The translations under genes were made by a program, and so were the position numbers. Shown here piece after piece: positions 1 to 11,302 of a DNA stretch of 64,000 bases. Source of the DNA: Marsupella aquatica (lineage: Eukaryota; Plantae; Marchantiophyta); NCBI GenBank assembly GCA_973895155.1, contig OZ316894.1, forward strand, positions 3,434,944-3,498,943, written 5' to 3'. The notes beneath the pieces were generated by a model. It saw nothing but the letters and a program-made list of their open reading frames with translations. It was not told the DNA's origin and searched no databases. Position 1 is the first letter of the stretch. Every line of letters begins with the position of its first letter.

Positions 1-769
1 TAAATGTTTACATGAGCTGCCCTTTACCCTGCAGTCACCTATTCAAGATTAAAACCATTAATTAAAAATTAATTAAATTCATTTACATTTGAATTATTTA
101 AATTTAAACAAAAATTAAAAACTTTGAAAATTTGTAAAACTATTGAATATAAATAATAAATAGAAATTATTTATTTCTCTGAAAATTTAAAACTAAAAAA
201 AACATATTGTTCCTACCAGTTGATTGCGTTTGGACTGTATGATGTGGTGGCTGCTATCTCACATCTCCAATTTGCTATCTGACTCACATCTCCAATTTTT
301 ACATGGAATCACTACCACAATAGGTACATGGTCATGATCACACATAACATGCGTCAACAAATACATTGTAAAGTTTATATGTTTTTGCCTTGCCTTGACA
401 TCTTTTCTAATCTTACATTTTTTTTTCCGGCCTTGAGTAATCTATTCATTAAAAGTGAATTATTATTCAATTTGTGAACATTTGGGCAATAGAAAGTGTA
501 CATTTGGCTTTCAAAAAGTGTACATTTGGGCAAGAAATAAAAGTGATGGCCATCAGACATACCACCATGTTCATCTTTTATAAATGAACTAGGACGAGAC
601 TCCTTCTAGTAAAGATCATTTTTTCTCCCTCAAGTTTATAATTGACTATTTAGGTGTAGAGTATTGTACTATAGTATACCTTTTGGGGTTAAAAAGTGTA
701 CATTTAGAGACCAAAAAGTGTACATTTCGAGACCTAAAAGTGAACAAAATAAAATACACTTTTAATGAA

Positions 770-1129
770 TAGGGTGAGTTTGGACATCCCTTTTTCTCCT
801 CAAGATCTTTTTTCACCTAGCTTGAGATCTCTTCTTCAACTGGACATCTTTTCTCACCTTGACATCTTATCTTTTTCACATCTTCCCATCTTTTTTTCTC
901 ACCTTGGCATCTTTATCTCACCACAACATCTTTCCCTCACACTCGACATCTTTTCCTCATCGTTACATCTTCTTCTCACCTCCATTTGTTTTTCTCACCT
1001 CCACTACTTTTTCTTACCTTCAGTGACATCTCATCAACATCATTCTTTTTTAATCTCAACAACTTTTCTTCACCTAGATATCTGTTCTCACCTCAACATC
1101 TTTTGTGCAACGCATAGGCATCGGGCTAG
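770..1129 (+). mobile_element. Non-autonomous Helitron-like element, 3' part (5' end not defined)
   Basis: Ends in TGTGCAACGCATAGGCATCGGGCTAG|T (1104-1130), resembling the plant Helitron 3' hairpin + CTAG terminus before a T. Body is a degenerate (TTTTTCTCACCTTGACATCT)-like array also found inverted at 20555-21270. Confidence 0.55.
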
Positions 1130-2182
1130 TGTAGGATTAAATAGTGGGTTTGGACATAGCTCTTAATAGGTAGAATTTGTTATGTCTACTTTCAGTTGGT
1201 TCGGGCTGCATAGAGTGGTTTTGCATAATTTTAGTTGGTTTGGACAACATCTTAGAAAAACTTCAAGTGCTCAAACTTACTTTTTTGGTGACTGGGGTTT
1301 CTTTCAAAAGGGAGACATGTAAGGAGGATTCAAACTCAGCACCTCCCCACTCAGCTGACCTGCCACTTATGGATAGCATACTTTGTAAACATAGTAGCAG
1401 CTGGAGGGTTTTAGGGGGTCTCAATCATTTCTAGGTAAATGAATGAAGTAAGAAGATATAATTTATTGGAATTCAAAACTTAATTAAATATACCCGTCAC
1501 AAGCAGTTACTTTCTTGCCACTGCTCTTTGTCATTGGGCATGTCAATTGTTGATTTCTCCAAATTTTTACCATTCCCGGGTCTAGCCCTAAGGGTTTCAC
1601 TTTTGCAACATGACACATCACATGTGACAAATCTTTGGGTCATTTTATCCGTTCTAACGGAAGACCTCAAATTTAATCTTTAAGAAGTTTAGAGCACTTA
1701 AAAGCCAATTTTAAGATTATACGAAAAGAAAGGGTTTAAAATACCACTTTTGAGAATATTCTAGAAATATTCCTTTTAATAGGTGTAAAATACTTTCAGA
1801 AAAATGTAAATTTCCAGGGAATTTCCCTTAAGTTTCAGGGTCCATGAGGCCTAAAAACATGGTAGCTAGGTGGTGTGTGGATCTCCATATAAAGAGACCT
1901 CCGAGGTTTTTTTTGGCTTTCTGACAAATGGCCGACCTGTTGTTTATAATGGCAAACATCATGGCTCCTATTTGGAGTTGCAACAAGGAACCAGGAATTT
2001 TGCGGAGAACTTGTCATGGGGTCTGAAAATAAACTCTATACTAAAAAGCAAATTCCTTGATTACATAAGAATTGACCTACTTAATATACATTACAATCTC
2101 AATGAGATAGTAATCATGAGTTATGCATGGTCCCCCACATGGTCTGGTATAGAATCCCCGATCGGACCAAGATAATATGACA

Positions 2183-5100
2183 TCATTCTTCCTTGAGTAG
2201 GTCATTTAAAGTTCTTATAGTGACTGCTTCTTGACCTATCTTCTGAATATTAAGCCAGAACTCAAGCAGAACATTCATGGATGGGCGCTCAGCCTTGCAC
2301 AAAAAATGCCTAACTGTAATGTTAACGTCACTTGCTTCCTAATGATAGCATCACTAGCACCCTCAATTTTGAGAGTTGGGGTGAGGACGTTGAATGGTGT
2401 ACTTCCAGGTGTAATATTTAACTCTTGAAAACTCTGCTGCACTATGGCCACTAGACCCTCATCTTGGCCAGAAAGGGTCATGCTTGGAGATTGTATAACT
2501 GGTTTTCGGGTCAAGAGATCAAGAAGAACCACTCCAAAGCTATAAACATCTCCTTTGGTGCTGACTCTTGCGCCCTGTCCCATATGCTGGATAAACAAAG
2601 TAACCCAAATTTTGTTAGGAAGAAAACAACAATAGTATTTCAAGTTACAATTCTAGTGCTGGTTTCAAGGTGTCACATTGAAAAGACCGTGTATATAGAT
2701 ATGATAATTCCACCACTCAATACTCTTATTAGCCAGGACCTGAACTAACTACCCTACCCCAAGCACTTGAGTATTTGATTGCCCCGTTATTAGAATACAG
2801 AAAGTAACTGTTCTATCAAAGGGCAGTGATGGGTTTTGTGTCTCACTGGGCTAAACTGTCTGACTACATTTACTAGGAAAAAAAATGAAATGTTCCCCAC
2901 ACTTACAAGTTGGAAAAACCTCTATAGTAAGCAGTTTACAAATCTAGTTGAGCTGTTATGAAGGACCAAACGTGATTGTAGGCTCATGACAGTTGGCCCA
3001 ACCAGAAAGTGCATGCTCGCCAATTACTGATTTGATTAATTGTGGATACAAAAACCAAGGAGGAGAAAATCCGGTCAGACAAACTCCTGGCTATACTTCC
3101 CAACGTACCTGTGCTCTTGCAAGTCTTGTTTCCAATTTTTGGAATTCCTCGTTCCAATCACTCTGTAGTTCGAATGGAACAGATTTAATGAATAGAACAA
3201 GCTTACCTGGGGGCATGTAGTGCCACAAATGGTCGAGGCAGACACTTCCCCATTCTCCCCATGATTGCTGTATCCACAAACTTGGAAATCCCAAAGTCAC
3301 ACAGTGTTGGTTCCAAATCTGCATTCAGAAGTATGTTGCTTGGTTTCAAATCGCTATGAATGATCGGATTTGGAAGTTCGTGGTGAAGGTGCACTATTCC
3401 ATGCGTCACACCCAAGAGTATCTTCAATCGTTTTGCTTAAGTAAACTCACATGGGGTATCCCCATACAGGTTCGCATGTAAACTCCCCTTTGGCATGTAT
3501 TGCAGCAAGATGGCCTTCAAATCCACACTGGAGTACAACCCAACAACCTAAATGATATTGCGGTGCTGCAACTGAGCAAGAGTGTGCGCCTCACTCAAGA
3601 TCTCCTTCTCATCATGCTGCTCCCCCTCAATTGTAGAGAGCCCTCGATCCTTGAAAACTTTGACAGCAATGATCTAACCCGCCCTGTAAATCGACCCTGT
3701 AGACACTGCTTTTGGGGCCGTTTCCAATTGCGGAGTCCTCCCCATCTCCTAGCCCTACTGCAGCATGTCAAACTTTGTAAAGAACTTCATTGAAGAACAT
3801 GAGTAAATGTTACGAGTCCAAGGTCCCCACTATCTTTCTTGCCATGACAGCGGGAGGGGATATACAACTGAAGGCTCCAACAAGAACTACAACAAACCCA
3901 AGAGCAGAAACTGTGGATATCCACACTTGGGGACAGTCAAAACCGTTGCAATGTGACCTCGAGCCCACTGGCGAACCTATTTCAACAGGACAGTGCCGTT
4001 CAGGCCCAAGAATATCTCCACACAGGCCAGGATTTCCCAAAAATGAAGCCGTCGTCAGATTGTCCTGGAAAGCACCTAAATTAGGAATCGGCCCACTGAA
4101 GTTGTTATGAGAAGCGTTGAAGGTCGTGAGATTCTGAAGCAGTCCAAGATCTTTAGGAATTGCTCCTGACAACTGATTGAAAGAGAGATCCAAGCTTTCA
4201 AGCAAAAGACATCCTCCAAGGCCCAAAGGAATCGGTCCTGAGATATTGCTGACGGATACATTTATCACAATAATCTGTATTAGATCAATAAATTGTGATG
4301 GCCATGAACCAGAAAATAGATTGCCGGATAGACTCAACATGGCCAGAGAAGAAATTGTTGCAAAAGCTTCCCCGGGAATACTGCCGATCAATTTGTTGTG
4401 TGAAAAATCCACTGATAGAAGCTGTGTACAATTGCCCAAGGAAGCCGGAAGTACCCCGATGAATTTGTTTGCAGCCATATACAATGTCAATCTGGCCAAT
4501 CTCCGTTGGTATCATCCTACCCAAGTTACCTTCAGTAAGGTCAAGGGTTTGCATCAAGTGACAGTTCCTAAGGATGAGGAGCTCCGCTGGAATACTTCCA
4601 GAAAGCTGATTGTGGCCAAGGTATAGAATTGTCTTGTAGATTGGTCAAATTGGCGAGCCCGAGCGGAATTGCAAAATATTCAGGTGGGAGCAATTGCTGA
4701 AGGATTCTGGAATCGGGCCGTGAGATTCAGTATCCACACTGGGAAACTGTCCTCAAAACTGCAGAGTAATACGCGAAAATCTTGCAAGTGAATACACTCC
4801 CCTAACTGGAACGGGAGTTCCCCTCCCAGTCTAATATTGTAGCTCAACCACTAGTGGGTAAGTGATGATCATTTACCCAAAGTAGATGGAAAGGAGCCAG
4901 AAACTGAGCTGTTGTTGAGACTCAGAAACTTCAGGTAGGAAAAGAAGGCCGACCTACCTGAGGCCGCCAGATTGAGGGTGGTGACATGCGTGGAGTTCTG
5001 AGCACATCCAATCCAGGGCCATCTACAGGGATCAAAGTCATTTGCGTGCCAACTATTGAACAGTCCCTGCGGATCGCCCGTGATTTCACTCTTGAACCCG

Positions 5101-5388
5101 ATAAGAATTTCCACTTCCTTGCTGGACTTGGCCGGGTTCATTTTACGTTTTGTTGAAGTGAGTGTCGTCGCCTTCCCTTGGTGGATGTGGAAAGCGAAGT
5201 ACTGGATGCAGCAGTGGCTACTAGATTGAAAGTTGGAGTGTTAGCTCGTCCCATTCTCTTGAAAGTTATAGCATGACTTTTTATACTCCTGCCAATAGAA
5301 TCGCACAAAGAGCATTGCGCCTTTGCGAGGATCACAACCGTGATGATAAGATGCCGGAGAAGAGAACCTCGAATGGTGTTGCTGCCAT
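2183..5388 (-). pseudogene. LRR receptor-like kinase pseudogene, non-RD kinase (LRR-XII/FLS2-EFR-Xa21-like)
   Basis: Fragmented ORFs give the LRR N-cap (DPQGLFNSW..DPCRWPWIGC), LRRs (LDLSFNQLSGAIP), C-cap (SFLGNPGLCG), a TM helix and kinase motifs HSDLKPSNILL, DFGISK, YMPP, STKGDVYSFGVVLL. Multiple frameshifts and stops; intron about 2588-3206; putative ATG 5388, stop 2183-2185. Confidence 0.9.
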
Positions 5389-7138
5389 GGTGTCACTCTG
5401 CCATATCATGGATTCACGGACCCTTTTCTAGTTCCTTGACAGTCTGAGGATTACGGATCGAATCACGCAATCGATGCATTTCGCATTGCTCAAGTGGTCA
5501 GAGGACTGACAAATCAGACCCTTACTAACTCAGCCTTTGGACTGCCTACACTAGACTAGTCCTCTAATACACTAGACTAGAGCTCTAAAGATACAAGAGT
5601 CGTCAGAACACCGCACCCGAATTGAAATGGTTGGACAGATGGAAGGCGGCGACGTCTGAAGAAATCCACATGGATCTCTTGGGTTTGAGCACGTACAATG
5701 TAACCATGCCCAAATCCCCTGCCAAAATCCACTGATGGAAGTGCGTTGTGAAAATAGATAGCAGTCCGTGCAAAAGGATCTTGTCCTATGGAAGCAACCC
5801 ATGTGTAAATGCCATGAGCTGCCATAATCCTATGAATGGCGCCTGTCCTATGAAGCTCCCCTTTGATGGCGCCCATCAAACTCACAATGGAGTCTCCCAA
5901 ATATCTTGATAGTAAACCTTGGGGAGTTAACTATTATTGGATGACCTATGCACTGCATATTTTTCCTCTTTGAAGTTGCTGCTCAAATCGTTCATACATA
6001 CCTGTGATGTTGGGATCCCAATGATTGGTGTCCTGGCGCAAAGGGTTGGCTAGCATAACATCAACCAAGGTACACCCGCTCACCATCTCTTACATTGTTA
6101 AAGCAGCGCTGTCTATAGAGGAGGCGGAAGAGGAGTAGGCAAATCCGGATGCAAAACACTACCTCCCATCTCACCTGTATTTTGAGAAGACCGGAGCAAA
6201 AGCGTCCCTTGTGGCATCATGGACAACTGTATATATGGTCTCTCCACCAATACTACAACATAGAAGTCCATATAAAGTTTGGTTTTGCTCTAGCTGCACA
6301 TAAGATAAAACCCTTTTCATAAATTTACTAATTTTTAATTCAAGAACGTTAATAACCTGAAATGTTGGCTAGTTTGGCTTTAGACTTCTTGCTAAACTAC
6401 CCGTATAATTTGTTTTGATAAAGAGTTTCCACATCAAATATGTTTCTTTATTGATATCTTTACATACTCAAAGTTTTGGGCTTTTAGGCTCAGTCTTTGG
6501 TCTCAGTTCGTTTTTACCTTACTTTTCCCACTTGATAAGGTCTCCTGCCTTTGGGATCCTGATTCCAGATATGGCTGTTTGGGAGTGTTATATTCTAAAA
6601 TTAAAGTGAAGAGGTACAAGCCAGAATTTCCTAAACTAGATTGAAGCTTGAGATTGTGAATTGGGTGTAAGGCCATTTATATAATATAACAAACTATAAA
6701 CATCCCTTCTAAAATGACGTGCCACTCTCACAATGAGGCTATTGTCACTCCGAGCACAACCACAAAGTCAACAATCGTGGTTGATGTGGAAGTTTTCCTC
6801 CACCTGAGTCTAAGACTTTTTCTACCTCATAGCGTGATCAAGTGCACACTTTGTGACAAATTCACTTGGCTTCATAGATGCTAAATCAGTTTTATGCTGT
6901 GATTTGAAATTTGTATATATAGCCTAATGCCCATGCATTTCACTGTAAGTTGTCGCTGCCAAAATGTTGTTGCCTCACAAAATGAGTCATGGCAGATAGA
7001 GTGTCCTTTTAGAAAAAATGTAGCCGTTGCACTAAATCATGGTTGTCAATTGTGCAGATGGTTGCAAGGCGAAAGCACTGATTGTCGAATGATGTGAATG
7101 AGGGCAAGTTGAAATTAGGAGACAAAAGGCGTAAATGG

Positions 7139-7295
7139 GTAGGGACAGTGGAGGTAAGAGCTAGGGAAGGAAAAGAATGGCCGGGTAGTGACAGTGGAGG
7201 TAAGAGCTAGGGAAGAAAAAATAAGTAGGGACAGTGGAGGTAAGAGCTAGGGAAGGAAAAAAAATGGGTAGTGACAGTGGAGGTAAGAGCTATGG
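7139..7295. repeat. Tandem repeat, 4 copies of GACAGTGGAGGTAAGAGCTA(G/T)GGAAG with short variable linkers
   Basis: Core visible four times at about 40-47 bp spacing. Confidence 0.9.
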
Positions 7296-9140
7296 AAGAA
7301 AAAGAAGGAATTCATCCACGAGGACAGTTCACATTATATGGTCTTCTAGCTGGGACAACAGATCTTTGGAGGTCTGTACCTTTGACTCAGTACAGGCACT
7401 CTAAGATTAGATTCCGTGCTAGTTACCCCCATCTTGGATAGCTTTGTGGTAAGTGCACACCAAATAGCAGTAGTAGGAGACCTAGACAGAACAACACTTC
7501 CTGATGTAACAGAACAATGGGTTGCCTTAGTATGGGAAATCGGCTCAACCTGTGGTTGGGTACTTCCCAAATAAGTTAATTCCAGCTTAGGGTGTTGCAT
7601 TTTTATGTAATTAAATTATATATTGCCTGGTGTTTTGATGTGCAATTAGCCCCATGCTCTTGGGTATCTTTCCAGATAGGGAACAAAAAGAAGCGTCGAG
7701 GAAAGAGCATTCATTAATTGGTGAAGGGAAGTCAAAGGATACGGTCTTCTAGGTTGATCCACAAATTTCTTGTAGAGTATCTTGGATTAATATAATAATA
7801 TGTCTATGGGGATTAGGTAGTGGGCAATGACTCTAGTGCATCTTGGGCCCAGTTTTCGATTCGGGGAAAAGTGAAGGCACGAACTCAGGGTTTTGTTGAC
7901 TCACGTTCTATCCTACATTGTTCACCCTCGTCACTGATGGTGAAGTGCTTGGAAGTGCAATACATGGCACTCAGACTCTATGCTGCCCGAACCAAGTGAG
8001 ATTAATTATGCAAAACAAACTCTCCAAGTGTCTAGAGCTATATATGTCTCGACCCCACTCTATGCTGCCCGAACCAACTGAAATTATGCAAAATTAACAA
8101 ATTCTAGGTGTCAAGAGCTACTTCTGGACTCCAGGTACTTTTGAGTGTGGTTTGTTTCAAAAGGAAGGTACAGCCAGGGGGATTCAAATTCTACCCCTCC
8201 CCACTCAGATGGTCTGCCACTTAAAGCCTAGCATGGCTTGTATCCATATTATGAGACCAGGGCTCGGGCAGCAAGTGGCAAGCAGTAGGCACAGGTAGCC
8301 TGTGGACACTGCTATCATGGCACATCCAGGACTCGGTACCCTAAATCTTGGTAAAGCTATTTTTTTAACCCAAATCTTTTGTTGTTGCATTTCAATGAAA
8401 GTTATTAATGTTAAAACTGATAGTGTCCGCAGTAAATAATATGAGGGAACTACTAATTTACCTAGATGTGCATAACACTATTTGGAGGGTAACATGGTCT
8501 GAAGCAAAATCAGTAGAGCAATCAAGGAACACATATGTCAAAGATGACCGGGCACATTGCATCATTAGCAAAATCTGATATGAAGTTTGCAGTCTGAATC
8601 CATTGCCTTCTCTACTATCCTGTGGAAATTAGTCAACAATAAGTTGCAATACTTGCCAAAGCTATGGCAGCAGAGATCACGGACAGTAGTATAACATAGT
8701 CGCACTTGATAAAATGGGAATTAATCTTCATCATGGAATTGCAAATTAAAATACAGCTAGCAGAAAACTTATAGTGATTAGTGTTGTTCCATGCTGAATC
8801 CGACCCACTCTCAAATTAGGGTTACCGCGGTTAATGTGACACACTAACTGACCATAAAACCAATTTCTGTGAATAACGTAGATTCTATTGTTAGATGTCC
8901 ATGGAGCTTTGGCTCATGGGTGCATAATATTTAACACCTAGGGAACAACACTGATGTGTGTTCTCTATCCGTTGACATGTATTGGAGACATGATGTCTTA
9001 CCTTGATTTGTCCCCGTCTCAGTATTAAATTGCTGGAGAAATGGCAATGAATTTTACATTGCAAGGATGTATTGCCACCAGCCATCTTAAATGTAGCCCT
9101 CATTTCTGAATATTTTTTTGCCTGAAGTCATAGTGAGTCA

Positions 9141-9561
9141 TGTTGGGTATTTACTCTTACGTCTAGGTTAGGTATGACGTGGTTGGTACAACAACGTGGG
9201 TTGGTACAACTACGTGGTTAGGTACAACTACGTGATTAGGTACAACTATGTGGTTAGGTACAACTACGTAATTAGGTACAACTATGTGGTTAGGTACAAC
9301 TAAGTTGCACACTATATCATAAGAGGCATGTGTGCTTGGAGAGGTAGAACCAAGGCTCATTGTTATGGAGCCACTTGAGAGATAGGGAGAGCTTACACTG
9401 TGGAGACTCGGTATAGCCGACGGGCTTAGAGTTCAGTAAAGCTCTCTTGTGTGTTCCCGTGGACGTAGCCTCAAGGAGGTGAACCACGTATCTCTTGTGT
9501 CGACTATTGTGCGTTGGATGGTTCATGGGCTTGCCGTTGCGATCGTCGTCTATGCTCAACA
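9141..9561 (+). repeat. 5' LTR of element 1, with about 7 copies of an 18-bp U3 tandem repeat (GGTTAGGTACAACTACGT-like)
   Basis: Direct repeat of 14755-15175; tandem array at about 9177-9303. Confidence 0.97.
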
Positions 9562-9563
9562 AT

Positions 9564-9575
9564 TGGTATCAGAGC
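9564..9575 (+). promoter_or_regulatory. Primer binding site (initiator tRNA-Met), element 1
   Basis: TGGTATCAGAGC 2 nt after the 5' LTR. Confidence 0.95.
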
Positions 9576-10267
9576 ATGCTTGGGAGGTGACGTGTGTTCG
9601 TGACGGGATTTCATGACGGTTTTTCCAGCGTTGAGTGTTGGTGGATTTTCCAGAGTTCCATCGCATGGAACTTGGAGTTTATGGGCTCAACGGATAGATC
9701 AGGGCAAGAGCTTTCTAACGGTGTGAAGAAATCGTTGAACGGAGCTCGTGGTGCAGAGAGATCTAAGTTTTCGTCGTTCTGGATTTTGTGAAGAAAGTTG
9801 GCAATCGACTCGGAGGGAGAAGCGTCAAGTGTTTTGACTCAACGGAGAGATTGAGGCAAGACGATTGTTTTTGAGTCCGGGATTGGCTCTTTGATGCAAA
9901 GAGGAAGGCTAAGCAAAATCAATTACCTTGTTGGACTTGGTGACGGCACCAAGTGCAATTGATCAACATTCGTTGTTGACAAGTGAGGTCGTAGCCATTG
10001 AAGTTGGCAATGCAGCGCACCAATCACATCGCAATTCCGACAACGGGTTGTACTTGGTATTTCGGTTATTCCCTGAGGTGGTCAAAACGGGGGAGTTTCC
10101 CAAGGTTTTACCCACCTCGACCGAAATTTGAATAACTTTTCCGTCAAATTTCGATTTTGATTTTGGTTTTCAGTATTGGACTCCTAGCTTTGTGGGCTAC
10201 GCGGCGGTGTTGAGTTTCGAGTTTTTTGAGAAGTTGTGAAAAACAACATTTTTTGTGACTTTCTCAT

Positions 10268-11302
10268 ATGAGTGATTCGGAGGAGTTTTTCGAAGACGTG
10301 GAACTTGAAGCACGAGGATCACCACGGAGGTTTCAGGGGCAGAGAGAGGAGCAGGAGGAAGAGCACGTGACACCGATACCATCACCGGTGCGGCGTGTGG
10401 TGGAGGAAGCAGTACTACTACCGGAGCTCACGGTAAAGAAGAAGATGGGGACTTTCAAGCTTGGGGGACCCAAGTATGAAGTGACAAAGTATGATGGGCG
10501 CTCTGACTACTTGCTATGGGAGAAGCAGGTGAAGGGAGTGCTTTATGCGTCAGGGATGGGCCAACTGCTGAGCCCTCGTGAAGACGATGTTGATGAGAAA
10601 CAATGGGACCGCATGCAGGAGCAGGGAGTGTGGTGTGTTACACTCTATCTCATGCCTCCCATCATCAAGCAGTTAGGTGCACATAAGGATTGCATGTCCT
10701 TGTTTGCGGAATTGCAGAGCAAGTATCACCGCAAGGAGTTGTCGAACCGGCTCTACACTTCCTACAAACTGATGAGTTTCAGGATGAAGGAATCTGGTAC
10801 GAAGTTGCAAGACCATGTGGATGCTTTCAACGACATGGTCGTTGACTTGGAAAACCTTGGGGAGACTTTGAATGATGAGACGAAGGCTCTGCAGCTTCTT
10901 AGTTCATTGCCTCCATCTTACCAGTCCCTATCACGAGTGTTGTTGCATCGTGATAGGGATACCATTTCATACAATGACGTGGTAAGTTCTTTGCTTAGTG
11001 ATGATCTTCAGCAGAAGATGCACATCACGTCACAGCCTTCATCATCTGGTGCTACCCTCAATGTTAACCGTGGGAGGAGTATGCAGCGACCAACTGGGGA
11101 CCGTAGAACCCAGTTTAGATCTAAATCCAGATCTAAGTCCAAGGGTAAATCCCCTCAGAGGAGGCAGGTGACATGTTGGAAGTGCAACCAAGTTGGACAC
11201 TTCAAGCGAGACTGTAAGGGAAAGGCAGCGGAAACTTCATCGGCAAATGTGGCTAGGGCTGATGGAGAAGCTGATTTACTCAATGATGAGTATGTTTTAT
11301 GA
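10268..11302 (+). CDS. gag: Copia Gag (capsid-like region + CCHC zinc knuckle), ends at UGA
   Basis: 344-aa ORF with KYDGRSDYLLW, LLSSLPPSY and CWKCNQVGHFKRDC. Confidence 0.93.
   Translation: MSDSEEFFEDVELEARGSPRRFQGQREEQEEEHVTPIPSPVRRVVEEAVLLPELTVKKKMGTFKLGGPKYEVTKYDGRSDYLLWEKQVKGVLYASGMGQLLSPREDDVDEKQWDRMQEQGVWCVTLYLMPPIIKQLGAHKDCMSLFAELQSKYHRKELSNRLYTSYKLMSFRMKESGTKLQDHVDAFNDMVVDLENLGETLNDETKALQLLSSLPPSYQSLSRVLLHRDRDTISYNDVVSSLLSDDLQQKMHITSQPSSSGATLNVNRGRSMQRPTGDRRTQFRSKSRSKSKGKSPQRRQVTCWKCNQVGHFKRDCKGKAAETSSANVARADGEADLLNDEYVL

Noticed and set aside
5577-5900. 107-aa ORF with VDFGRG resembling the BAHD acyltransferase DFGWG motif
   Set aside because: A single imperfect motif, no HxxxD or other support; cannot be called without a homology search.
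7139-7295. Repeat-spacer pattern as a CRISPR array
   Set aside because: Linkers are short, purine-rich and related to one another; no cas genes; ordinary minisatellite.
9163-9360. VVPNH-repeat ORF (also 14777-14974) and CRISPR-like look of the 18-bp array
   Set aside because: Antisense translation of the LTR U3 tandem repeat; no unique spacers, eukaryotic context.
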